25,961 nt of DNA, taken from Octopus sinensis (taxonomy: Eukaryota). A program made the position numbers and the translations under genes. Each line of letters starts with the position of its first letter. Positions within the stretch are counted from its first letter, which is position 1. Below, in pieces: positions 1 through 9,449 of the stretch. Location of the stretch: positions 1-25,961 of the forward strand of contig NW_021835620.1 in assembly GCF_006345805.1 (NCBI RefSeq), given 5' to 3'. The notes under the pieces are model-generated. The model was given only the letters and a program-made list of their open reading frames with translations. It did no database searches and had not been told where the DNA came from.

Positions 1-99
1 ATGACTTCTTTTAAGGGTCAAACTGTTATGAATGTTTCCATTATTTCATATATAATTTTTCCTCTTATCTTTTTATTGATTTATTCTTACCAATTCTAG

Positions 100-598
100 G
101 TGTGGCTGGTGGACAATGGTTCGATCATACAGGTGGCGGAAGTAATCTCTTATGTCTACCTAACGACCCCATTTGGGCCAATTATACTACAGGAGAAGAA
201 AAAGGTGGTCACATTTATGGCAGTGAATATCAATTAGATTTATACCCAACAAATAAACTCTATTCTTTTGCTAATGCTAAATCATTCATGATCACAACGT
301 TCCGTGCGCTGTCTGTTTGACACGACGACCTGCTGTTGTTATGATGTTACCAGCCAGGACAAAGTGTTACCCTGGTTGGACAGCTGAGTATTCGGGATAT
401 TTGATGTCCGGTTATTTCGGGCATAAGGGCAGACATGAATATGTGTGTGTAGATTATGCACCAGAAGCTGATCCAGCTGGTTACAGAGACGAAAATGGAG
501 CTTTATTATATTTCGTTCAGGCTTCTTGTGGTTCATTGCCATGTCCACCGTATGTCGATGGTCAAGAATTAACCTGCGTTGTGTGCAGTAAATATTGA
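100..598 (+). CDS. Terminal exon (copy A1) of a short-chain collagen C4-like gene, C-terminal Cys-rich NC1-like domain; 1-bp frameshift at ~284
   Basis: Polypyrimidine tract plus AG at 98-99 (phase 1). Motifs GGGSNLLCLPNDP, YGSEYQ, (H)DHNVPCAVC, PARTKCYPGWTAEYSGYLM, EYVCVD, LPCPPY, ELTCVVCSKY*. ORFs 102..320 and 317..598 are one exon: A1 reads tcattcat where paralogs read tcacttcat (A4) or tcaattcat (A2). Confidence 0.85.
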
Positions 599-708
599 AT
601 AGAAATTAAATTCGGTTCCATATAAAAATATGTCTGTGAATTACATGAAATAACATAAAATTTTAATTGTGTTACCTAATATTTTCTTTAAAGTATGTCT
701 ATCGTTAC

Positions 709-714
709 AATAAA
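709..714 (+). terminator. Polyadenylation signal AATAAA downstream of A1
   Basis: AATAAA about 110 nt after the stop; conserved at 21592-21597 in the paralogous unit. Confidence 0.45.
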
Positions 715-1624
715 CTGTTGTACTAGTTTACAGAAGATATTCAAACAATACAAAAGAGGCGACGTAGAATGCCAGAAATATCCTCAAAAACAAGAAAAAT
801 CTAAATCTGTCGAAATGATTCTTGAAAACATTTTGTAAGATTTCAGTTTATCAAACTTATCGTTGAAATAAAATGTTATTTTGTTTAACAGTATTTTGTC
901 TTCTGTCTCATGATTCAACAAACCCCTTATAAAGTACCACCATAGAATTATATCAGCTTTTCGTGCACAGCCTTAGAAAATCTAATACTCGACGCTACTA
1001 TCTCAGACATCTTGGTTTTCAAATTACAAATCAGATTCTGACAAGGAGCCATGAACCGCTACATTACTTAGCACAGAACTTAACTGATTCTTTCAACAAC
1101 AACCAGATACTTCCACACAATCCATTCTATTTGCCGTTATTAATCAGGAAAGCTTTCCGTTCCATTCCTACCCCATATCTTATAAAACCTATTTATCTTC
1201 TACTTTACAAATATCACAAAATGTTCAAATTAAGCTTTCTGAGAATGTGGAATTTACACGATCAATCCCTCAAAAGACAGTATAACTGAGTATTGGTCCT
1301 GCCAACCTAAATCTATATCACAAATTTCCCACCTCTTTTCAAAATAAGATACAAAATGAAACTCGATGCACACAACATACACGTCATATACTAAGCGCTG
1401 ATATACAAGAATAAGAAATGAAATCAACCAGAGAAATTGCCTCATTTCAGCGACAGAGATCATCAAATACGACGATTTCTTTCACTCATCTACGTAAACA
1501 TACCAGACTCGAAGAAAGGATGGATCCTAGAAGCTGAATACATTTCATGCGAAACGAATACAACACCCATAAAAGTGAGAGTAAAGAGGGCAAATATAGT
1601 CAGGGCAAGCACGGATGCTGTGTG

Positions 1625-1825
1625 TAAGAAGGCTGAGGTGTTGTGACCGTCACGTTATCCAATAGGATTCATGACAGTATGTTGGAGTGTGTCGAATATT
1701 TGTCAGATAAACGAAGGGTTCGGTTAACAGCATCAAGCTGCAATAAAGATTAAAGATTATTAATGTTTACTATCCCACTATTATTAGTCTAATGGGTAAA
1801 TCTGCATTCGCTTCTCTAGATAACA
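1625..1825 (+). mobile_element. Possible polypurine tract plus short 3' LTR relic
   Basis: The paralog at 22506-22705 reads GAGAAGGAAGGAGA then TGTTGTG. There is an internal AATAAA and a TAACA/TTACA end. No second LTR or convincing pol motifs were found. Confidence 0.2.
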
Positions 1826-2044
1826 AATATTTTCCTGGCTGTAAATCGTAAACGAATGCATAGAATACGGACGCTGGTAGATCTTCAAATGTTTAAGCTG
1901 TACAGAGCATGCGCAGCTGTATATGCAACCCGCCATTACGATAGGAAAAATTATGGGACTTTGTTGAAATCTGACATGGCAGTAAGATTTATTTTGTAGC
2001 TTATTTCAAATTAACCTTATTTCGAGGGCCAAACCGAGAGTGTT

Positions 2045-2178
<134 letters not shown>

Positions 2179-2514
2179 TAAATTTTGTCAAACTATATCT
2201 GAGGGGTCTAATATGCTTCATCTAAGAAAATTTAATCATAATTATGGAATTCCGTCGTACATATGCAGTCCATACGGAAGGTGCACTTGCGAATTGAGTT
2301 TCAAATGGGAGACACTGTACCTGTATGTTTTGCTATGATTTATAAAACTTGAAGAAAAATATTCAAAGCTAGTGATAATGACTAGCTAAAAATATGTATG
2401 AATGTTATTATTCGGGTTTAATAGAATATTTCTGGTCAACAGAAAGAGAGACGGCTTCTAACTTAGTTCCAAGTATCTTTCATTGGAATTTCAACAACAT
2501 GAACAGGATAATTT

Positions 2515-2564
2515 TGTATGCATGTATGTATGTATATATAAATGTATGTATGTATGTATGTATG

Positions 2565-2598
<34 letters not shown>

Positions 2599-2857
2599 TG
2601 TATGTATGTATGTATGTATGTATGCATGTATGTATGTATGCATGTATGTATGTATGTATACATGTATGTATGTATGTATGTATGCATGTATGCATGTATG
2701 TGTGTATGTATGTATGTATGTATGCATGTATGTATGTATGTATGCATGTATGTATGCATGTATGTATGTATGTATGTATGTATGTAAGTATGTATGTATG
2801 TCTGCATGTATGTATGTATGTATGTATGCATGCATGTATGTATGTATGTATGTATGT
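2515..2857. repeat. (TATG)n microsatellite
   Basis: Seen directly; source of the MYVC/HTYI pseudo-ORFs. Confidence 0.98.
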
Positions 2858-3411
2858 CAGGTCACTTTCGAGTGCTACTGGTAAACATGTAACCCAGTAC
2901 AACCTGTTGCATTGTCGGGTCGTCGGCGACTAGACCGGCAACCCCACGAAGCTTCCTTGGTGAGGAGGGAGTTTATTGGACACCCTGCGGGATGAAAGAC
3001 AAAACCCGTCAAAGAGCGAAGGAACTCTTGAGAGTCAACGGCCATCCAATGTATGTCTCAAGGCTGTATCATGCGCGGGGACATAGAAATAATCGGACTG
3101 AATACCCGATCGCGCGGTTAAACCATTGGGAGTGAAGGACTCCTAGACTTTGTTAGGGCAACCTTCTAGGAGAAGGTAATTCAGGTAACCGGGATAACTC
3201 CTATATATAATCTGCGGCTCAGTGGTTACCGATAATGTTGACTTGTTCTTCTTTTCGGATTATGGCTGCTGTTGCTTAGTGACTGGGATCGACACGGTGC
3301 ACAGCTTTTCCTCACTATAAAAAAAATCTTTATGAACAGGCATTGCAAGATAACAACATTGATTAAGCTTCGTGCAATGGCCCTACTCGATAACGAAGGG
3401 GCAGCCACCAA
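2858..3411 (+). mobile_element. ~550-bp non-coding interspersed element (R1), probably an RTE-derived non-autonomous retroelement embedded in (TATG)n
   Basis: Three near-identical copies in the window (2858, 24024, 25184). Contains GAGGAGGG and CTAGGAGAAGGTAA motifs that resemble RTE 5' UTRs as I recall them. The 3' end runs directly into an AAGTA(TGTA)n tail. No ORF. Confidence 0.5.
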
Positions 3412-3965
3412 GTATGTATGTATGTATGGATGGATGGATGGATGTAAGTATGTATGCATGTATGTATGGATGTAAGTATGTATGTATGTATATATGTATG
3501 TATGTGTATATGTGTCTATCGATATATACATGCTTACGTTCAAACATACATGCATGTATACATGTATACATACATACATGTTTGTATAAATATATGCATA
3601 CATGTATGTATGTATGAAAGTATGTATGTATGTATGTAAGTATGTGTGTGTATGTATGTATGTTGTATGTATGTATGTGTGTATGTATGTGTGTATGTAT
3701 GTATATATATGTGTGTATATGTAAGTATATATGTATGTATGGGGGTATTTATGTATGTTTATATGTATATATATACGTGAGTGTGTATGTATGCATGTAT
3801 GTATGTATGTATGTATTTGTGTATGTATGTATGTATGTATGAATGTATGCATGTATGTATGTATGTATGTATGTATGTATGCATGTATGCATGTATGTAT
3901 GTATGTATGTGTGCATGTATGTATGTATGTATGTGTGCATGTTTGTATGTATATATGTATGTATG
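3412..3965. repeat. Degenerate (TATG)n array
   Basis: Seen directly. Confidence 0.97.
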
Positions 3966-4084
3966 GGTGGGTGTGAATTGGTAGGTTTTGATTTTGATAT
4001 TCTCATAAAACTTTTCTAATCAGATTAACGCTTGTGAAGAATCCAATCCGAACAGCGGACTTCATTAGATTAAGTCTTGCGATT

Positions 4085-4110
4085 GTGTCAGTGTGTGCTT
4101 GTGTGTGTGT

Positions 4111-4159
<49 letters not shown>

Positions 4160-4170
4160 CGTGTGTGTCT
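4085..4170. repeat. (GT)n microsatellite
   Basis: Seen directly. Confidence 0.97.
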
Positions 4171-4423
4171 GTCTATTTGTTGATTGAACGAAATATTTCC
4201 CACACTGAATATTAAAACAGTTTCCCAAGAATAACAAATAAAATTAAATAACAACATTAGTAAAAAAACGTATCATAATATATCCAGAAACAGGAATCAT
4301 TTCACTTTACACGTGTCTCTCATTCATCAAAATATTTTGCTAATTATTGTGTGACAATATCAAACCATCTCTTTCCAATAATTAAACCAGTCAGACAAGT
4401 TCACACCCGCTTTTACAGTTCCA

Positions 4424-4508
4424 CCAATCGCATTGGTTCATAAATTTACGATAAGATCTCTGCCAGAGCTGGGTTGTTGTGCGCTCAATAAATACGTGGA
4501 ATTCAGTT
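4424..4508 (+). promoter_or_regulatory. Candidate core promoter: paired CCAAT boxes and Inr TCAGTT
   Basis: CCAAT at 4424-4428 and ATTGG at 4432-4436, about 80 nt upstream of TCAGTT at 4503-4508. The Inr is 88 nt upstream of a strong-context ATG. Confidence 0.35.
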
Positions 4509-4592
4509 ACAGGTCTTCAGCTTAAACCTCGCATCTCGATCTTTTGTTGAAGCCACACGAAGTATCACGTACGACCGACAACTGTCACCAGA

Positions 4593-4736
4593 ATGGATTT
4601 CGCACAACTGTCCAGGAATATTTCGCAGCGTTATTCCATTTCTTCTCTCATAGCTTTTGCGGTTCTTCTCGTTCTGACGATCGTGATTCTTCATCAAGAT
4701 TCAAGAATAGGAAAAATGGAAGAGAAATCGAAAACG
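4593..4736 (+). CDS. Probable first coding exon with an N-terminal signal anchor/TM segment, plausibly of a collagen C4-like paralog
   Basis: ATG with A at -3 and G at +4. Encodes MDFAQLSRNISQRYSISSLIAFAVLLVLTIVILHQDSRIGKMEEKSKT and ends at a perfect donor ACG|GTAAGT (4737-4742), followed by microsatellite. Assignment to the collagen family is inference from position. Confidence 0.6.
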
Positions 4737-4769
4737 GTAAGTCATGGATTTTATGTTAATATATGTATG

Positions 4770-5200
4770 TCTTTATGTATTTATATATGCATGTATGTAT
4801 GTATGTATGCATTTACGTATGTATGTATTAATATGTGGATGTATGTACGTACCGATGGATGGATGGATGTAAGGATGTATGCATGAATCACGTACATATG
4901 TCCCTATGGAGCACACACGCACACATAAGATCACACTCGTAATCACACACGAACACACATCGCACACACCTAAACATACATATATATCATATACATATAT
5001 TTGTATATATAAATATACATATATATGAATATATTAGTGCGTGAACATATATAGATATATATATACAAACAAATATATGCGTGTGTGTATCTATCACTGT
5101 ATCTCCCTGTCTATCTCTCTCTCTCTCTCTCTATTTATCTATCTATATATATATATGTATGTATGTGTGTGTGTGTGTGTGTGTGTTTGTATATAAATAT
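4770..5200. repeat. Mixed TATG/CA/TA/TC/GT low-complexity tract
   Basis: Seen directly. Confidence 0.9.
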
Positions 5201-5365
5201 ATTCTTTTACTCGTTTCAGTCATTTGACTGCGGCCATGCTAGAGCACTGCGTTCAGTAGGACAAGTCGACTTCAGGAATTATTCTTTGTAAGCCTATTGA
5301 TTATTCTATCGGTATCTCTAGCCGAACCGCTGTGTAACGGGGATGTAAAAACAACGACATCAATA
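5201..5365 (-). mobile_element. 3' part of a common octopus-type SINE-like repeat
   Basis: Sequence ttcttttactcgtttcagtcatttgactgcggccatgct...tattctttgtaagcct...gccgaaccgct recognised from memory as an abundant cephalopod repeat. Family name and strand are not verified. Confidence 0.5.
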
Positions 5366-5389
5366 GTGGTGCGACAATAACAGACACAT

Positions 5390-5558
5390 ACATAAAACAT
5401 AGATACATACACACTATGTGTGCTATACACACACTATGTGTGCTATACATACACACATATACATCCATACTTATATATACATATCATATATACATACACA
5501 CATATATAGTTACGTATGTATGTACATACATATCTATCTATCAATCTATTTATCTACA

Positions 5559-5593
<35 letters not shown>

Positions 5594-5680
5594 ATATATA
5601 TATATATCTATATATATATATATATAATATATGTATATATATATATATATATATATCTATATATACGTACATATACACAC
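5390..5680. repeat. TA/TATC/CATA low-complexity tract
   Basis: Seen directly. Confidence 0.9.
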
Positions 5681-5972
5681 ATCCCAAGGAAACACAAAGA
5701 AGAGTGGAATTGTACTCCTGTCCGATCGCTCTTTCACCAGACATAATCCTGGAGAGGGAAATAAGTGCGTAATGAAAAAAATCTAATGGTGGCGTTCCAG
5801 CATGGCCATGCCCTGTCGCTGCAACGTTTAGCCCTATTAATATTAGTGTTAAGGATTATATCTAGATGTATACTTACACACACGCACAGAAACAAACACA
5901 TACAAACACACACACACGCACACATAGGAATACGTACATATTTACACACATTTATCTATTTCTCTCCATCAG

Positions 5973-6049
5973 GAACGGAAGTGAGGCGAGTTTTTTTAAA
6001 TCTTTTCTTTCCAACTGAAAATAAAACGTGCGAGTGCCAATGTAGATCG
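5973..6049 (+). CDS. Candidate small internal exon (G)TEVRRVFLNLFFPTENKTCECQCRS
   Basis: Strong acceptor tatttctctccatcAG at 5971-5972. Only the phase-1 frame is open. Donor GTGAAT at 6050 is moderate, with alternatives at 6059 and 6105. Contains a CxCxC motif. Confidence 0.3.
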
Positions 6050-6307
6050 GTGAATTTCGTAATGTTTGACTGTAATTCACGTTGGTTTTTATATATGACA
6101 ATATGTAAGAACGAATGTAAATACATACACACAGACACACGGACAAACACACGCACAAATAAACACAAACACACACACATACGCACGCACACAGACACAC
6201 GTGCTCAATCGTGCACGAACAATCACACTATACAGTGTATGTCCACTCACATATATGTGTGCGTTTGTGTGTGTATGCGTATATGTAGATACGTATATTT
6301 GTGATGT

Positions 6308-6637
6308 GAAGGCGCGTGGCTTATTTGTTTGGGCATTCGACTCATGATCGTAAGGTTGTGAGTTCGATTCCCGGCGACGCGTTGTGTCCTTGAGCAAGAC
6401 ACTTTATTTCACGTTGCTCCAGTCCACTCAGCTGGCAAAAATGAGTTGTAATTGTATTTCAAAGGGTCAGCCTTGTCACTCTCTGTGTCACGCTGAATCT
6501 CCCGAGAAGTACGTTAAGGGTACACGTGTCTGTGGAATGCTCAGCCATTTGCACGTTAATTTCACGAGCAGGCTGTTCCGTTGATCGTATCAGCTGGGAC
6601 CCTCGTCGTCGTAACCGACGGAGTCTTTAGTCTTTAG
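6308..6637 (+). mobile_element. tRNA-derived SINE
   Basis: Decayed A box (tggcttatttg), B box GAGTTCGATTCC at 6360-6371, then TGTGTCCTTGAGCAAGACACTT, a motif typical of conserved SINE central domains. Short (tttagtc) tail. Confidence 0.8.
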
Positions 6638-6664
6638 TTATTTGTGATATTTATGTGTATACCT

Positions 6665-6677
6665 ATATATTGATATG

Positions 6678-6728
<51 letters not shown>

Positions 6729-6734
6729 TAAATG

Positions 6735-6820
<86 letters not shown>

Positions 6821-6839
6821 TATATGTATAATATATATA

Positions 6840-6922
<83 letters not shown>

Positions 6923-6925
6923 ATA

Positions 6926-6956
<31 letters not shown>

Positions 6957-6997
6957 TATGATATATATATATATATATGTATATTATATATGTAATA

Positions 6998-7053
<56 letters not shown>
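6665..7053. repeat. Long (TA)n tract
   Basis: Seen directly; mirror tract at 17493-17780. Confidence 0.98.
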
Positions 7054-7056
<3 letters not shown>

Positions 7057-7061
7057 TGTGT

Positions 7062-7347
7062 GGAGGCGCAGTGGCCTAGTGGTTAGGGCAGCGGACTCAT
7101 GATTGTCGGATCGAGGCTTCGATACCCAGACTGGGCGTAGTGAGTGTTTAATGCTCCACGAGCCGCGGGGGATTGTGTTGTTGTGATCCCTGCTGTACTC
7201 TTTCGCTACAACTTTCTTCCCTTCGTCTGTTGGCCTGCTCGCTTAACCAGCGGGGTGGCGTATTTGAAGGCTAAAACAACGCGAAGCGCATTGTGACCAG
7301 CGATATGTAGCAACAACTGATAGCCTGGTCTGTGACGGTAATCACGG
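7062..7347 (+). mobile_element. tRNA-derived SINE (second family)
   Basis: A box TGGCCTAGTGG at 7072-7082 and B box-like GCTTCGATACC at 7116-7126. The head does not close into a cloverleaf with CCA or terminator and continues into a ~200-bp body. Inverted copy at 17240-17486. Confidence 0.8.
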
Positions 7348-7349
7348 AG

Positions 7350-8400
7350 ATATATGTATCATACGCACACAATACACACACACACACACACATACACACG
7401 TACATACACACATACAGCACAGATGCCCACATATACTTTAACGAACAATACTCATACAGATACGCACAGACTTATACACACATGGGCACAGACACACACG
7501 TACATACACGTACTTAAGCGCACACACGCACACAAGCAAACGCACGCACATTACGCTCACACAACTCCAAAAACCCACACAAACACACGCATGTACAAAT
7601 TCACATACACACCGATACATATACATGCACACAATATACGCCTACACGCGCACACACACATACACTTACGTATACACAATAAGACGCAGGCACACACACA
7701 CGAAAGTAAAACATGCGCACACATGCGGACGCACACAGGCACAATAATACAGACACCGAAACTCACAACCCCACGGATACACGCATATGCACCCATATTC
7801 AGACACACATACAAACGCACACGTACACGCACACACAACTACGCGCACATACGACACGCACATACATACAAACACACAGAAATGAACCAGCACATACCTC
7901 CCATACACACGGCACACAATTATACATTCACGCACACAATTATACATACATGTATGCACACATACGCACAGTTATTTGCCACACACCCAAACTCTACACA
8001 CACACACACACGTGTCATCATTGCTCACATATACACATACACACACACGCACACATACACTATGTAAAGCACAGTTATTCGCCACACACCCTAACTCTAC
8101 GCCTACACACACGACCACACACATACACACACACACACTACAAACAAAACACACACACGATACATATACATACACACACATACTTCAAACTAGCAGTACC
8201 CACTACTTGACCTGTGTAGAGACAAAAGAGCCACGCCCAATTCCTTCTTCTTAACACTACTAGCCCTACAACACGCAAAGATTAACAGCCACAACCACAC
8301 ACACATACACACACACACGCACACACACACACACACGTGTCATTATTGCACACATACACACAGACACACACACGCGCACGCAGACCTCCGCGTCCGCACA
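7350..8400. repeat. ~1-kb cryptic CA/CATA-rich low-complexity tract
   Basis: Seen directly; alignable mirror at ~16290-17230. Internal ~103-bp duplication (7966 and 8069) present only in this arm. Confidence 0.9.
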
Positions 8401-8419
8401 TATCCACACTTACCACACA

Positions 8420-8700
8420 CATACTTCTTCCTCCACCAATCTCCTGTCTTTGAAAGAACTTTTCTTCACCCATTTCCTTCCGGTCATTTAAAATGTGACG
8501 GGTGTGTACCGTTAGCGATTTTTTTCCCCTGTCTTCCCTCCTCTGGATCTTTCCATCTCGTATGTTTCCGACGAAGAGCTCCACCCGAAACGTTAAACCC
8601 TCCTTCTTTCTTTCTTTCCTGGCGTCCAATAATACTATGTTTGTTCCACGTCCTCGCGTTGTTGTGTTTCTTCGTGCTTTTTTGTTTGGATTAAATTTAA
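8420..8700 (+). mobile_element. Penelope-like element terminal-repeat fragment
   Basis: Carries CCGACGAAG...CCGAAACGTT, the hammerhead-like signature of PLE terminal repeats, followed by a pyrimidine/T-rich tail abutting (TA)n. Partial mirror at 16057-16290. Confidence 0.5.
8564..8598 (+). ncRNA. Minimal type I hammerhead-like motif (degenerate)
   Basis: Stem I GTTT/AAAC, core CCGACGA(A), weak stem II GAGCTCCACCC, GAAA, palindromic stem III ACGT, putative GUU cleavage triplet. Confidence 0.4.
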
Positions 8701-8715
8701 CTATATATATACATG

Positions 8716-8764
<49 letters not shown>

Positions 8765-8832
8765 GAAATATCTGGTGTATATATATATTATATATATGTG
8801 TGTGTTGTGTGTGGGTGGTGTGTATGTGTGTA

Positions 8833-9177
8833 CTAGCAGAAATACCCGGCATTGCTTGGGATTCAATTGGCAAAGTTGGTATATAATATATTCCAGTCAT
8901 TTTGAAACAGGTGATATGGGAAAGTGCAACATTGACAACAAAACATTTGTAGAGTAAATGCTGGGCTAATTCGACTAAGCAACATGCTATGCGTCTGTTT
9001 GGAGTGTTTCAGGCCCTAACCTGTCATGCAAATTGGAGGTGGGGTTTGTGTGATTTTGAACGCACCGAAAAGCTGTCAGTTGATATACTCTCCATTGCAG
9101 AAGGTGCGCTGTGTCTAACACGACCATCATCGGAAATTTTGACACCTCACGTCGGGTGTGTTGTCCTACATCACTCA
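8833..9177 (-). mobile_element. Helitron 3' part with terminus
   Basis: The minus strand ends CCCAAGCAATGCCGGG (decayed hairpin), 8 nt, then CTAG|T: the canonical Helitron 3' end followed by host T. It is contiguous with sequence homologous to the Rep-motif region at 15869-16044. Confidence 0.7.
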
Positions 9178-9449
9178 AGAAATCTCTCGACGATAAACCT
9201 GATGACACACCAAGTAAGAACTAATTTTACGCCTAAAGTCTTTTACCCGTGTCTCTTTAACTAATGATTTATAATTTCACCAACTTTGAATTAGTTCCAC
9301 ATTACTATCCATATGTCCACAATAGTATATACTAAGACACTTGCCTGAATTTGTTTCGAAATATATTCTACTTTACAATAATTTCCTAAATAAAATGTTA
9401 CTCTAATATACTATGCCATTTGTGTTGTATATGAGTATATGTGCAGTGC

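Noticed and set aside
102-598. Two overlapping genes, or a programmed frameshift, at 317-320
   Set aside because: Paralogs have one extra base at ~284 that makes a single frame. There is no slippery heptamer, and the region starts at a splice acceptor, not a start codon.
1165-1200. Minus-strand YKIWGRNG resembling the YxRWG exon motif
   Set aside because: No Cys, no LVYxG, no splice sites, and a stop follows. The true exon is at 12569-12643.
2912-2941. HDV-like ribozyme suggested by GG-stem-CTAAG-CCGG
   Set aside because: There is no L3 TCCNCGY loop, no upstream P1 partner, and no room for the nested double pseudoknot.
5411-5450. 20-bp tandem duplication ACACTATGTGTGCTATACAC
   Set aside because: Only two units inside a low-complexity tract; ordinary slippage.
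7062-7135. tRNA genes at 7062, 6308 and 17486
   Set aside because: The A/B boxes are decayed, there is no closed cloverleaf or T-run terminator, and they continue into SINE bodies.
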